Both the position numbers and the translations under genes were made by a program. The notes beneath the pieces are model-generated. The model saw only the letters and a program-made list of their open reading frames with translations. It had not been told where the DNA came from and did no database searches. From NCBI RefSeq assembly GCF_028641065.1, contig NC_073388.1, forward strand, positions 24,304,001 through 24,368,000: a stretch of DNA of 64,000 nucleotides, read 5' to 3'. This document shows, in pieces, positions 35,201-46,387 of the stretch; within the stretch, counting starts at the first letter, position 1, and every line of letters starts with the position of its first letter. Source of the DNA: Leucoraja erinacea. Taxonomy: Eukaryota.

Positions 35201-38200
35201 GTGCATTATTATAACATTAAACTCAAGTGTACAAAGTATAGCAGTACTTCAAGAATCACAGATCAGATTATTAATCCCATTTGATCAGAACATAGTTTTT
35301 TTCTATGAGGTGTGGTTAAAAACAAAAACTCCTTTACTTTCAGACTGACCAATGAGCAGGGAGACAAGCTGCAGTATACTTCAAAAGGTGCAAGTGAGTT
35401 AATTCACAGGTATAGGGGTGGCATAGTGGCACAGATGGTAGAGCTGCTGCCTCAACGCTAAAGATCCAGGCAAATTGTGCAAATGTGGAGGTTTGCACAT
35501 TCTCCTTGTGATCGTGTGGGTTTCCTGCAGGTGCTCTGGTTTCCTCCCACATCCCAAAGATGTGCAGATTTGTCATTTTAATTGGCTGCTGTGTATTGCC
35601 CCTAGTGTGCAGGCAGCCAATGCAAAAGTGGGATAATGTAGAAGTAACGTGAATGGGTGATCAACGGTTGGCATGGTCTTGGTGGGCAAAAGACCCGTTT
35701 CCATGCTGCATCTTCCAGTCAATCAATAGCAAGTATCAGGGCATTCACTTCCCTCTTCTGCCAGTGTGCAATAATGGCAGTGTTTTCAGCCCTCTTTGTG
35801 GACTAGTAATCACAAGTACTCCTCATGGATTTCACCTGCAGACCAAATATCCTTCTCATGCTCCACAGAAACAGGCTAGGACACCATGGAATACATTCTG
35901 CTGGTAATCCAAATCCCAAGCTTGCCGTTTCGGGAACCTATTCTTCCCCAGAATGTAGAGATCATGATTATTTTCATTTCTTACTCGAACTGTGTATGTC
36001 CTTCCACCAACACGATCCTGCGCTTCTAACACTAGCACTTTCAGGCCTTCCTCTATCAGCAGCTTGGCAGCTGACAGACCTGTAAAATACAAACAACAGT
36101 GATGGGCAGCAACCAGGAGGCTCTATATACCAAGAGAGACCTGGACTCAGGCCAGAAAATAAGGTTGCACAAAACAAATAATTTTAGCATTACAAATAAT
36201 TCATTAGATTTTCAACTCTTCTGTCAATATTGAATCAGAGCAAAACAAATAAAATCTTAATCAAAGATGGCCAAGTTTAAATCAGGCACAGCATAGTTGT
36301 GCTTCTCCACAGTGAATCTAAGACACTTTGAATGAGAACTTGTGGAAACCAACCAGGATATCTGATCAATGTTCACAATTTATTGAATGAAATCAGTTTC
36401 CAACAGTTTTGAATGTGGTCTGAAAATGATGCCACAATTTACATTTAGTCTTTGTAGATTGGTTATTGCATGTGAACCAATCATGGTAGAGTAGCATCAT
36501 TAACCCCACCTTACTGTATGCTTTATATTAACACCCACTTCCTACATTAGGTAGTCTTGGAAGCGGTAGTGATGAACTAACAACCTGCTGTACCGCTATA
36601 CTATGTGTTACAATTAAAGATGACTTTAAACTCTAGACATGTGTAACATCAATCATTTACAGTCTTCTCAAGAAAAAATAGTGCATTGCTTCTTCCCTTT
36701 AGCCACTGATTCTTCCATCATTTACTCCCTTGGTTTAAATATATATGGTGATATTTTTCTATTTCAAAACACAGTTCCAGAAATTATGAGATAAACCTGT
36801 CGGCACTGCAGGAAGCTTCTACTTCCATTACAAGTTAAACAAAGTTTAATGGTCTTTTGCAGATATTAATCAATATAAACTCATTGGTCTGCTTTCAGAG
36901 TCATGCTTGCCTCCCACTCATTTCCTACACGCTGTCAGCGTAATAAAGGTTTCTGAAATGATTTATTCAGCCAATTAAGCTGCAAATCAATCCATGTTAA
37001 AGTACAGCAGCAAAGCAGGAAATTACACATCTCACCGTGAAGGTGGTAAACAACCAAACGCGAATGATTTCAGAACACCAGCTGTTATTACGCAGCTCGT
37101 ATGCTATAAAAACTCTAATTTAAGGACACAATATCCTGTTGATGATACTAGGCTTGAAATGAAAACAGTAAAAACGCAAGCCTTATGATTTATTCCTGTT
37201 CTGTCTAAAATTCGAGCTGATGGCATACGAGGAGAAATTAACAATATTAAAATATTCAGCACACAATTTCTATGCAGATTAAGTTATATCTGTGTTCGAT
37301 TCTAAAGGGTTACTGCTGTGCTGCAGATTTGCAAGCTATTCTCAGATATTGCAACATAGTCTTCTGTTTGTCCATACTGTCACATTTATGGCAAAAAAAA
37401 AAACAATCCAACAAAATATCTATATACAAAATTGCTGGAGAAACTCAGCAGGTGCAACAGCATCTATGGAGCGAAGAAAATAGGCGACGTTTTGGGCCGA
37501 AACCCTTCTTCAGACTGAAGAAGGGTTTCGGCCCGAAACGTCGCCTATTTTCTTCGCTCCATAGATGCTGCTGCACCCGCTGACTTTCTCCAGCAATTTT
37601 GTGTACCTTTGATCTTTCAGCATCTGCAGTTCCTTCTTGAACAAAATATCTATATATACTGAATGATAATCTTGAGGTGACCATTATCTGCCAATCCCCT
37701 GTATTAGCCCACAACTCCAAGCTACCATCAGCTATTGTCAATAACTGGTACATATATAGTACTTTGCAAAACATGGAAGGAGATATTAAAGATGATCAAC
37801 CATTTCCTAATGAAACAGATTATTAAACAGCTTTTAAAAAGGAAAGTGATGTTTCAGAAATTAAGGCTCTGGAGCGACACCTTGTGATGGCTCAGTTATT
37901 ATCGAACCCTCGTGATTGGCTGGAGAAGTCACATGAGCGCCGGAGTTATTTGCGGGCTTTTTCTGTAATGGTTCATTGTAGCGCCACGCTAGTAGAACAA
38001 ACATCGTTGTTATTTGGCCACAGGTGTGGTTTTCCCAGGCACAGGGTGGTGCATCATATCCCCACTATGGGACCGCCAGTGCATGCTCGGGCGCGCTGGC
38101 TCCGGCCTGACAAGCTGCGCATCGCCAGAGAGGAGTACCAGATGATGGAGGACATGGGGATCGTGTGGCAATTGGATTGCTAGGTTTGGGATTCCGGCAG

Positions 38201-41200
38201 ACATTTCTACCGACCGGGGGGCACAGTTCACGTCCTCGTTGTGGGCTTCGCTGGCAAAATTATACGGGGCACAATTGCACCACACCACCGCCTATCACCC
38301 CCAGGAAAACGGGCTCATGGAGCAGTTCCACCGCCACCTCAAAGCGGCACTGAAGGCACTGCTCATGGGTCCGGACTGGGTCGGCCATTTGCATTGGGTG
38401 TTATTAGGTATCCGCACGGCCCCCAAAGCGGACTTAGATGCGTCGTCTGCCGAGTTAGTGTACGGCTCAGCTTTGCGGGTGCCCGGGGATTTTCTCCCTT
38501 CGGTTCGAGGGCAGCTGGAATCTGCCTCGGCGATGTTGGCGAGTCTCTGGGAGCGAGTGAGCTGCCTGGCTCCCGTGCCTACCTTGCGTCATGGGACAAC
38601 CCCGGTCCACATGCCGCCGGTCCTTAAGAACTGCTCATTTGTTTTTGTTCACAGGGAGTCGAACAGGTCCCCGCTGCAGCGTGTCTACGAAGGTCCATTC
38701 CTGGTGTCGTGACCTTGACCTTGGACGTTGGGGGGCGAGTGGAGGTTGTCTCCGTCACCCGGCTCAAGCCAGCTCTCCTGGACGTTGACAGCCCGTTGGT
38801 GGTGGCACAGCCTCGATATAGGAGCCGTCCGCTGGCCGATCCGGCGGCACCTGTTGTGCCCATTTCCCCCGCACCGGTTACTTCTGTTACTCCCACCCTG
38901 TTACGGTCCCCTGGCTTTGTTCCGCAAGCCCCCCCTGTAACACCCGCCCCGTCTCCTGTTACCACTTGTTCCGGTTGCCGTTTCCGTACCTCAGGTTCTG
39001 GGGGGGGGGGGGGGGGGGTCCCTGTAGCGACATCTTGTGGTCACTCTGTTATTATCAAACCCTCGTGATTGGCTGGAGAACGCCGGTGTTTATTCGTGGG
39101 CTTTTTCTGTAACGGTTCTTCTAGCGCCACGCGAGTAGAATAAACATCATTGGTATTTGGATATCTTTCACGACTCGGGTGATTTCTTTATTTTCATTCC
39201 AAAGTAAAGAATTTTTGCTCACCCAAAACGTCTCGACTCGCCAAAGCTCCACCAATTTGTCAAAGAAGTTATGTTGTCATTTTGTGGATTAAAGTTTTCC
39301 GTATTTAATGTCCTTGTCCATGTAAACTCATCAAAACCACAAATACTATCCTCCAATTCAGGGTAAAACTTCAGACCATTTCAAACTCGCCATCTTGGTG
39401 ATAGCAGTTACACAAATATCTGGCTGGTTCCTTCGAAGAGTAGCTGTGCGCACACATCCTTTCTTTTCAACCCCATCCCACAATTATCCCATTCCTCCCC
39501 CCACCCCCCCCTCCATCTCCATCCCCACTGGGTGTTCTCCTGGCATTGTTCCCTTTTGCCCAAAGTCCCTTATTTAATTCCACACCACCTTCCTTTCCGA
39601 CTAGGTTTCATCATTTGCAACCCTTAGTTGCCTCTACCATCTCCTCACACCCTCTGTTACTATTCCTTCTCTTCTCTACCAACTCCATCTGCCAAACAAC
39701 CACCCCTCATCTGGATCCACCGATTGCTTGCCTCCACCTCACCTCTTCATACTGACTACATCATCTCTATTCAGTCCCAATGAAGAGTCACAACCCAAAA
39801 TGCTGACAGTGTTAATCCTGGGTGCATTTTTGGAAATCTCTACCCTCTCCAAGGCTTGTACTTCATTCATATATTGTGTTGCCCAACAGTGGGCACAACA
39901 TTGCAGTAATTCAGAAGAATTCAACATAATTTTAATGTTTATAAATTGTCTTTTTAACAATTTTATCAACAACAAGACAGGCCTCTACTGCTGCAGAAGG
40001 CAGTGGAGGCCGATTCTCTGGATGCTTTCAAGAGAGAGTTGGATAGAGCTCTTAAAGATAGCGGAGTCAAGGGATATGGGAGAAGGCAGGAACGGGGTAC
40101 TAATTGTGGATGATCAGCCATGATCACAGTTGATGGTAGTGCTGGCTTGAAAAACCGAATGGCCTACTACTACACCTATTGTCTAAGACTGACCTGAGCA
40201 TACATTGCATATGTAACATCAACATAGCAAGAATAACGAGGCATTTATTTGCTATCTAATACGGCAACTGTGCAGCTTCACCAATATCTATTGCCGATAC
40301 GTGCTCTCTATCAAGTAATATCCACCCATGACATCGTTTGAACGGGTACTAACGTTCGAGGGAATCACAAATAAATTCTGCAATCTCAACTCTAACGACA
40401 GAATACTTTCAAAATATTAACCTGGTAAACCCTCCTGGAAAACAAATGATTTGATTATGATCCACACTGTTACAAATGGATTTGTTTGTGATGGACAAAT
40501 CTGTCATTGGAGATAGAAGTATTGGAGAGATAGACCATCAGTGCAAGTCTCCCAAGTTAATTGGTCGATTTGCACAGGTTTGCCATCTGCATCACAAAAA
40601 TGGCATCTTGCCTGATTGCTGCAGGATTTTCACATCCTCAAAACTGTTACTTTTTGCAATGAGTTTATACTTAATGGCTTTGGGACTGCATAGTGTTAAT
40701 AATTACAACCCCAATGTCATTGAATCTTTTTGGACAAGAAACAAAAAGTTAACAATTTAAACACTGTATTCTCTTTCCAACAAGGTGCAAACTCAAATAT
40801 ATATTATGTTATACTTTTTGTCTTTTTCCCACCATTCCCTCACTTTGTAAATTCAGTTTCTAAATTTAGTTAAATCACAAACTTTTTCCTTTCTCGATCT
40901 CTGATAGTTGCTGGTTTAAAAAAAACCTTATTCGCCTACATCATCCTAAAAGCCAAGAGGCTCTACAACACGTGCACTGCAATAGTCATTAATGCCTCTA
41001 ATAAATTACAAAAATAATTGATTTTAAAATAATTTCAAACAGGAGACTGCATCTCTGTTACACACCGTTGGATGCCTTGCTGTGGCAAGGTTTTGTCCGT
41101 GATATTTTACATTTGTTCACTTCCAGACTAAAAAAAAGCGAGTAGACGAATGAGATTGGATCAAAGAAGAAATTAGCCTGAAGCACTGCACACTCATCGA

Positions 41201-42002
41201 TAATGCTCATTGTTAATGGTTTTACGACTACCAAGGTAACTATAACTTAAAAGGCTAAACCCATCATAACATATACTAAGTTCAGGGATACAGCGTCTAA
41301 ATATCATTTTCGGCCCACCGAGTCCACGGTAATAAGATTTTGTTTTAAATCACAGCGTGCTTTTAAGAGGATAGCAGTCGTGAAACGCCTAGAGACTTCG
41401 TCTTAAATAAAAATCTACCTGAATGTCACAGAAAACAATTGGTTTTGTTTCGACATTTTGGATAAATTAGAAACAAAATAAGGGCGGCACGGTGTTAGAC
41501 ACAGAGTTGCTGCCTGAAAGCGCTTCCAACCCGGGTTCGATCGCGGCTACAGGTGTTGTCTGTACGATGTTTGTACGTTTCTCTGCGGGGTCCTTGACCT
41601 ACCGGGATCTCAGGTTTCTCCCCACACTCCAAAGACGTGTAGGTTTGTGGGTTAGTTGGCATGGTAAAATCGTCCCTAGTGTGTGTAGGATAGTGTTCAT
41701 GTTAATGTCACGGACAATATCTTGCCACAGTCAACAAGGCACCTCACGGTCGGTGTGCGAGGTCGCTGGCCGGCACCGTCTGGGTGGGCCGAATGGCCTG
41801 TTTCCGCGCTGTATATCTAACCTAAAGAATATTCGTTTTAATAATATTTTCGATCTTAGCCAATTTAGGTCAAATACAAGGCGACAGCGATTGAAACGGT
41901 TTATTCCTGATTTAATGCACGAATCCGAAAAAAAAGCAAAGAGACTCACTCACCAGACAAGCCCCCACCAATGATAATCACGTCTTGTTTTCCAGTGGAC
42001 AT
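8057..42002 (-). CDS. MAO: Monoamine oxidase (flavin-containing amine oxidase, MAO-A/B family), complete 15-exon gene, 528 aa
   Basis: Fifteen GT-AG exons of 49,95,138,105,92,142,150,160,97,54,58,98,112,63,174 nt sum to 1587 nt in one frame. GGGLSG dinucleotide-binding motif, SGGCY flavinylation site, WSGYM and a C-terminal TM anchor. Cannot be assigned to A or B. Confidence 0.97.
8335..8860 (+). mobile_element. Rex1/Babar LINE 3' fragment
   Basis: Homologous to 4750-5280 ([20 protein letters not shown]); GACAATAAA tail. Confidence 0.88.
8870..9130 (-). mobile_element. tRNA-derived SINE (HE1/V-SINE-like), degenerate
   Basis: Reverse complement of the SINE core (...GGGTTTCC...CCAGTTTCTTCCCACATCC...) shared with 35415, 41482 and 51973. 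Confidence 0.7.
9336..9398 (-). CDS. MAO: MAO exon 14
   Basis: [21 protein letters not shown]; 63 nt; donor GTAAGT. Confidence 0.94.
10160..10271 (-). CDS. MAO: MAO exon 13
   Basis: [37 protein letters not shown]; 112 nt. Confidence 0.97.
11687..11784 (-). CDS. MAO: MAO exon 12 (covalent FAD site)
   Basis: [32 protein letters not shown](R); 98 nt. Confidence 0.97.
11824..12821. mobile_element. Non-autonomous hAT-type DNA transposon
   Basis: TIRs CAGGGACGGCCTTAAG / CCTAAGGCCGGCCCTG; 8-bp TSD CCTGTAAT (11816-11823) vs CATGTAAT (12822-12829). Internal CT-rich simple repeat. Confidence 0.8.
13288..13345 (-). CDS. MAO: MAO exon 11
   Basis: [19 protein letters not shown]; 58 nt; donor GTAAGC. 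Confidence 0.94.
14313..14761 (+). mobile_element. CR1/HER1 LINE 3' end
   Basis: Encodes [26 protein letters not shown]; typical 3' UTR ending GGCCGAATGGCCTACTCCTGCACCTATTGTCTATTG. Confidence 0.9.
14900..15600 (-). mobile_element. Old degenerate Penelope-like fragment
   Basis: Weak reverse similarity to 5635-6400; boundaries approximate. Confidence 0.45.
16469..16522 (-). CDS. MAO: MAO exon 10
   Basis: [17 protein letters not shown](R); 54 nt. Confidence 0.94.
17329..17585 (-). mobile_element. SINE with CORE-like motif and LINE-derived 3' tail
   Basis: The - strand has a box-B-like TTCAAATCCC, GTGTCCTTGGGCAAGACACTT, and a tail ...GACAATAAATTGAATC(ATTTC)n. Confidence 0.7.
17985..18500 (-). 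mobile_element. CR1 LINE 3' fragment
   Basis: [27 protein letters not shown] in ORF 18290-18556, plus the CR1 3' UTR. Confidence 0.85.
18778..18874 (-). CDS. MAO: MAO exon 9
   Basis: (G)[31 protein letters not shown](G); 97 nt. Confidence 0.96.
19037..19413 (+). mobile_element. Penelope-like element 3' fragment with pseudo-LTR
   Basis: Matches 6220-6592; TSD CTGCATAAGGTTA at 19024-19036 and 19414-19426. Confidence 0.9.
20235..20870 (+). mobile_element. Old CR1 LINE internal fragment (RT N-terminal part)
   Basis: Decayed LNKY.ASVFT...[18 protein letters not shown]...QHGF..VVYMDF.KAF motifs. Confidence 0.75.
21514..21673 (-). CDS. MAO: MAO exon 8
   Basis: [53 protein letters not shown](G); 160 nt. 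Confidence 0.96.
23463..23825 (-). pseudogene. Harbinger DDE transposase C-terminal remnant
   Basis: [13 protein letters not shown]...[13 protein letters not shown], the typical C-terminus of Harbinger/HARBI1-like nucleases. The N-terminal part is absent. Confidence 0.85.
23870..24810 (-). mobile_element. GC-rich non-autonomous retroelement nested in the Harbinger
   Basis: The - strand 3' tail is GACAATAAAGGCT(ATCTA)n. CpG-rich body with ~3 internal repeats GGGCTGCCCCGACTTGGGCGCCG at 24270-24380. Confidence 0.75.
26541..26690 (-). CDS. MAO: MAO exon 7
   Basis: [50 protein letters not shown]; 150 nt. Confidence 0.96.
27728..27869 (-). CDS. MAO: MAO exon 6
   Basis: [47 protein letters not shown]; 142 nt. 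Confidence 0.97.
28456..28547 (-). CDS. MAO: MAO exon 5
   Basis: [30 protein letters not shown](R); 92 nt. Confidence 0.96.
30142..30246 (-). CDS. MAO: MAO exon 4
   Basis: [35 protein letters not shown]; 105 nt. Confidence 0.96.
30440..30625 (+). mobile_element. Rex1/Babar 3' fragment
   Basis: Encodes [20 protein letters not shown]...[15 protein letters not shown]. Confidence 0.75.
30964..31094. other. Assembly gap (131 N) in MAO intron 3
   Basis: Run of N. Confidence 1.
33308..33445 (-). CDS. MAO: MAO exon 3
   Basis: [46 protein letters not shown]; 138 nt. Confidence 0.96.
33655..34398. mobile_element. 744-bp near-perfect palindromic (foldback/MITE-like) element
   Basis: Arm 33655-34021 is the reverse complement of 34032-34398, around a 10-nt loop. 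Ends are TATAGGG...CCCTATA. Mirror ORFs at 33670-33852(-) and 34201-34383(+). Confidence 0.92.
35415..35727 (+). mobile_element. tRNA-derived SINE (HE1/V-SINE-like)
   Basis: GGGTGGCATAGTGGCACAG head, TGTGGAGGTTTGCACATTCTCC..GTGGGTTTCC core and a CR1-like tail. Confidence 0.8.
35985..36079 (-). CDS. MAO: MAO exon 2
   Basis: (G)[31 protein letters not shown]; 95 nt, AG/GT. Confidence 0.96.
37427..37639. mobile_element. Penelope pseudo-LTR-derived hairpin element (inverted copies)
   Basis: ~88-bp inverted arms centred on 37514; 17-bp TSD AACAAAATATCTATATA at 37410-37426 and 37640-37656. Confidence 0.9.
37870..39196 (+). mobile_element. Ty3/Gypsy LTR retrotransposon, internally deleted
   Basis: Related LTRs at 37870-~38017 and 39023-~39196, with a G-rich polypurine tract before the 3' LTR. 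RT start ([19 protein letters not shown]) and integrase ([10 protein letters not shown]...[18 protein letters not shown]). Confidence 0.9.
41482..41826 (+). mobile_element. tRNA-derived SINE (HE1-like)
   Basis: GGGCGGCACGGTG head, box B GGTTCGATC, CR1-type tail GGGCCGAATGGCCTGTTTCCGCGCTGTATATCTAA. Confidence 0.85.
41954..42002 (-). CDS. MAO: MAO exon 1
   Basis: [16 protein letters not shown](G); donor GTGAGT. Confidence 0.93.
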
Positions 42003-42399
42003 TTTCTCAATTTTCTTTTAAACCCCCCTCGCTACCTTTTGATTCTTTGCTGTAGTTTATGAGCAATTTCTTTGCAGTTAGTTTGTCTACAGCAAGGAGG
42101 AGGAGTGGGATGAGAGCTGGCGACGGATAGGTGGTTACAGGTGAAGAGTTGATTGGTAGACAACGGAAGGGTGGAGAGAGCAGCAAAAGGTATTGACAAG
42201 ATTGTCAAGGGCTGGGCATTTAATGTTTCAAGTTAAGAAATAAAGCTGAGAATCTAATGCAGTTATAGACTGATAATACGTTTAAAAACAGAGGAACAGC
42301 CCACACATAAAACACATACTATTATGTGTGTAGGTTTCATTAAAGGAATATATGTGGGTCCACGTTGACATAAATAAGCTGCTTAGACTACATTTCCTC

Positions 42400-43780
42400 C
42401 CATCCTGTCTCTTTGAAGGAAGCCATTCTGCTCCTTCATTTTCTTTGTCTCCATCACATCCATTCTCAAAATGAGGCTTTTACCCCCAGGACATTTGAAA
42501 TGTCCTTTTTTCAGGAAATTTGTCCCCCTCCCACTCACAGCTCACCCCTCCCAACCCACTGTTGATGAAACAACCACCAACATCACTCTCACATTACCTC
42601 TCCACAGACAGAACCAGGGTAGAGTTCCTTTAGATCTTACCTTTCACCTCACCAGTCTCTTCATCCATCATATAATTTTACGACATTGCCGCCAAATTGG
42701 ACCACGGATGACATCTTCCGTTTTCCACAGGGACTATACTTCCATGACGATTTGGTTTACTTATCCCTCCCCACCACATGCTTACCCACACCAATACATT
42801 GCTCTGGAACCAAAGGAAGTGTAGCACATTTCCTCACATCTGCTCCCTCATCAGCCAGGATGATCAGCCAAGATCATATTGCATGGTGGTGCTGGCTCAA
42901 AGGGCCAAATGGCCTACTCCTGCACCTATTTTCTATGTTTCTATCTCCACCCAGGGATCTAAACCACCCTTCCAGGTAAGACAGTAACTGTACCTCATCC
43001 AACCTCACCTATAGCACTCAGTGTACTCAGTGCAGCCTCCTCTACATTGGCAAGATCAAACTCAAGTAGGCAACTGCTTCGCCAAGTATCTGTATTTTGT
43101 CCACTCCAGCCATCCAGGTTTTCCAGATTCCAACCATTTTTATTCCACTTTACATTTCTACAGCAACCTGTCTGTCTACAATCCAACAGCATGAATAATT
43201 AATTCTATAATTTCAGATAAAGCACATCATCCCTTTCTCCCATCTTCCCTAGTCCTCCATCCATCCATCCATCCATCCACCCTCCCTCCCTCCTTTCCAC
43301 CTTAACCCTTCATCTCCCTATCAGTTTTTATTTATATCTTTCCCTGCCTCCCACGGGATTCCCTTCCATTACTCACCCCCCCTCTTCTCTTTATATTGTT
43401 TCCATCTGCCATCATACCTCATTCAATTTGTTTTCACCTGCCTATCCTTATCACATCTTTCCAGAATCTGCAGACATTTGTTCTCCACTTAACACCTTCT
43501 GGTCTCTGCTGCAGTGTTCTGGTCTCTGCTGCAGTGTTCACCCTTACCATTCCCCACCGCCATTATCAACTAACTTCACTTGTATCTACCAATTGCTTGC
43601 CCGCTCGTACATACGGTTCCCTTCCCTGACCTCTTTATACTGGCTAATTCCCCTCTACTCTAGGTGATGCGCCATGACCAGAAATTTCAACTATCCAATT
43701 TCCTCCTCAGATGTAGCCTGACCTGCTGAGTTTCTCCAGCTGGTCTTTTTTTTTTGCTTCAGATTCCATGCATTTTCTGT
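42400..43780 (+). mobile_element. Old degenerate Penelope-like element
   Basis: QGRVPLDLTFHLTS..I.HIILRH matches the 5635 copy; decayed pseudo-LTR at ~43660-43780. Confidence 0.65.
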
Positions 43781-43889
43781 GTGCCTATTTTGAGATAATT
43801 GTTTCTGTGTCATTGCTATCTAAATCACCAGGGTGGAAAATATTGCCTATTCGTCACTGATCATTTTGCACAGATAACACACATTTTGC

Positions 43890-44180
43890 ACAAGAATAAA
43901 GGGGAAGTCATTTAAGACTGAGGTGAGAAAAAACTTTTTCACCCAGAGAGTTGTGAATTTATGGAATTCCCTGCCACAGAGGGCAATGGAGGCCAAGTCA
44001 CTGGATGGATTTAAGAGAGCGTTAAATAGAGCTCCAGGGGCTAGTGGAGTCAAGGGATAAGGGGAGAAGGCAGGCATGGGTTATTGATAGGGGATGATCA
44101 GCCATGATCACAATGAATGGCGGTGCTGGCTCAAAGGGCCGAATGGCCTCCTCCTCCACCTATTTTCTATGTTTCTATGT
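43890..44180 (+). mobile_element. CR1/HER1 LINE 3' end
   Basis: FFTQRVVNLWNSLP plus the CR1 3' UTR and (TTTCTATG)n tail. Confidence 0.88.
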
Positions 44181-44417
44181 AATCTCAAAGGCTTGTTGCA
44201 TCGCACAGACTAACTTTTGTCAGTAGTGTTTCTGAAATCATTTAGAGATAAATTGTATTTTGGATTAGTTGGGAGGTACACAGAATGCACTCTGGATGGG
44301 GATCTTCAATATCCATCATCAACGGTGATTTGGTAGCAGCACCACAGAATGAGTAAGCCGAGGCCTGGAGATCCAAAACCAGGTGATCTCTGGTCGTTAT
44401 CCAAATATAGTGCAGTG

Positions 44418-45247
44418 TAGGGGGCGCTGCTCTGGCAGCAGCCATGTCAGCAGCGTGTCAGTTTTTTCAACTTTTTTTATTTTTTAGTATGTTTTAAAGT
44501 ATGTATTTAATGTTCCTTCGTATGTTTTGTGTGGGGGGTGGTGTGGGGGGGAAACCGCTTCGGTCGCCTCCTCCATGGAGAGGTGGGTTTTTTCAGGTCG
44601 CCTCCCCCGTGGCCTAACATCAAGGATCGGTGCGGCCTTTCCCGGAGACACGCCCGGGGCTTCAGCGGCGGGCGCAGCGTGGACTCTCGTTGTGGAGCGG
44701 GTGAGCCCTCGCTGGGGGCTCGCTGGAGGGGAGCGCTCCGTTTCGCTGGCCCAGGGCTGCCGGCAGCCTGAAGCCGCTGTCTGCAGAGTTCCAGCTGGCG
44801 CAGCGTCTACAGCCCTCGTGGGGGACCCGGGGGAAGAAGAAGCCATCACTGCCGGCCCGCGGCCAACTTATACCGCGGGTCCGGCATGGACTCACCATCA
44901 CCGTTGGAGGGGAGCTTCGACCGCCAGCCTTGCAGTCTACGGTGCTTCTGGCTGCGGCGGAGTCTTTAAATCTCGACCGACCGGCCTACACCATCTTAAA
45001 GCCGTGGTCTCCAGTGAGGAAAAGCAGATCCTGGACTGACTCTGGACTCTGGTCCTGTCCACGGGGGGGGGGAATGGAGGACTGGCCAAATTTTGTGCCT
45101 GCCACCACAGTGATGAATGCTGTGGTGGATGTTTGTGTTACAGTTTTATTGTGGTTGTGTGTTCTTTATTATTGTACTGCTGCTGACAACCCAAATTTCC
45201 ACCGACCCTGGTTGTGTGGCAATAAATTATATTATATCTAATCTAAT
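44418..45247 (+). mobile_element. GC-rich non-autonomous retroelement
   Basis: 5' GGGGGCGCTGCTCTGGCAGCAGC, T-rich tract, G-tract, CpG-rich body, and 3' GGCAATAAA...(ATCTA)n. It sits inside an older LINE remnant. Confidence 0.75.
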
Positions 45248-46215
45248 CATAGGTGCAACAATGGCCTCTACTCGACAATATGGAAAATTCCCCATTATGT
45301 CCTGTTCACAAAAAGCGACAAATCCAATCCAGCTAATGACCATCCAATTAATCTGCTCTCAATCATCAGCAAAGTGATGGACGTCTTTGTTAACAAAGGT
45401 ACCAATGGCACTTACTCATCAATAACCTTATCATCAATGCCCAATTTTGGGTTTTAGCAGAACTACTAAGTTCATCACACCCTCGGCCCAAGCAAGACCA
45501 AAGGGCTAAATTCCAGAGTTGAGCCAAAATTGATTGTCCCTGACATCAACATTTGGCCAAGTGTGGCATCACAGAATGCTGGTAAATCTGAATCCAATGG
45601 ACATTAAGGCTGTGACTCTCCAATTGTTTGTATAGAAAAAACATAATGCAAACACCATGGCTACAAGAGCAAGTCTGAGGTTGAGCATCCTGCAGATAAT
45701 GACTCGCCTCCTAATACACCAAAGTCTTTCCACCATTTATTAGTTACAATTTGTGTGTGTAAAGTGTAATGAAAAAACTACTTTTTCAGATGAATTCAAC
45801 TCAACAAGCCCAATTCCATTGAAGATTTAATACTTATGATGGTTGATGACATACCAATCAAGTAGGCATGATTAGTAACACATCAACCTATTTGTGTGCT
45901 GCAATGGCAAGTCAAATTTCACTACACCAATTGGTGTGTGATAATAAATGTCCTTTGTATCCTATGTATAATATTCAATCCCTCTAGCACAGATGTACAG
46001 AAGTGGCAGTGTACCATCTATAAAATGTAAGGAATCAATAACCACATGAGAATTGAACATTTCATGTAACTTGCAGTATATTCTATTTCATGATTTCTGT
46101 CTTAAATTAAGTGTGTAGCATAGAAAACAGGAATGTTTAAAAGTAATGCTTTCATATCATTCGGCAGGTTGGGCAACCGGGCACAACTGATGAAATCTAG
46201 GCAGTTATTTTAATG

Positions 46216-46387
46216 TTACACAGAAAAGCTGGAGAAACTCAGCGGGTGCAGCAGCATCTATGGAGCGAAGGAAATAGGCAACGTTTCGGGCCGAAACCCT
46301 TCTTCAGATGCTGCTGCACCCGCTGAGTTTCTCCAGCTTTTCTGTGTAACCTTCGATTCTCCAGCATCTGCAGTTCCCTCTTAAACA
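46216..46387. mobile_element. Penelope pseudo-LTR-derived short element with a 5' inversion
   Basis: Inverted arms (GTTACACAGAAAAGCTGGAGAAACTCAGCGGGTGCAGCAGCATCT and its reverse complement); TSD CAGTTATTTTAATG at 46202-46215 and 46388-46401. Confidence 0.88.

Noticed and set aside
41482-41560. tRNA-like A/B boxes (also at 52200-52291 and 60527-60590)
   Set aside because: These are SINE heads attached to SINE cores and LINE tails, not cloverleaf tRNA genes.
43497-43536. 20-bp tandem duplication TTCTGGTCTCTGCTGCAGTG
   Set aside because: A local slippage duplication inside an old Penelope remnant; no sign of function.
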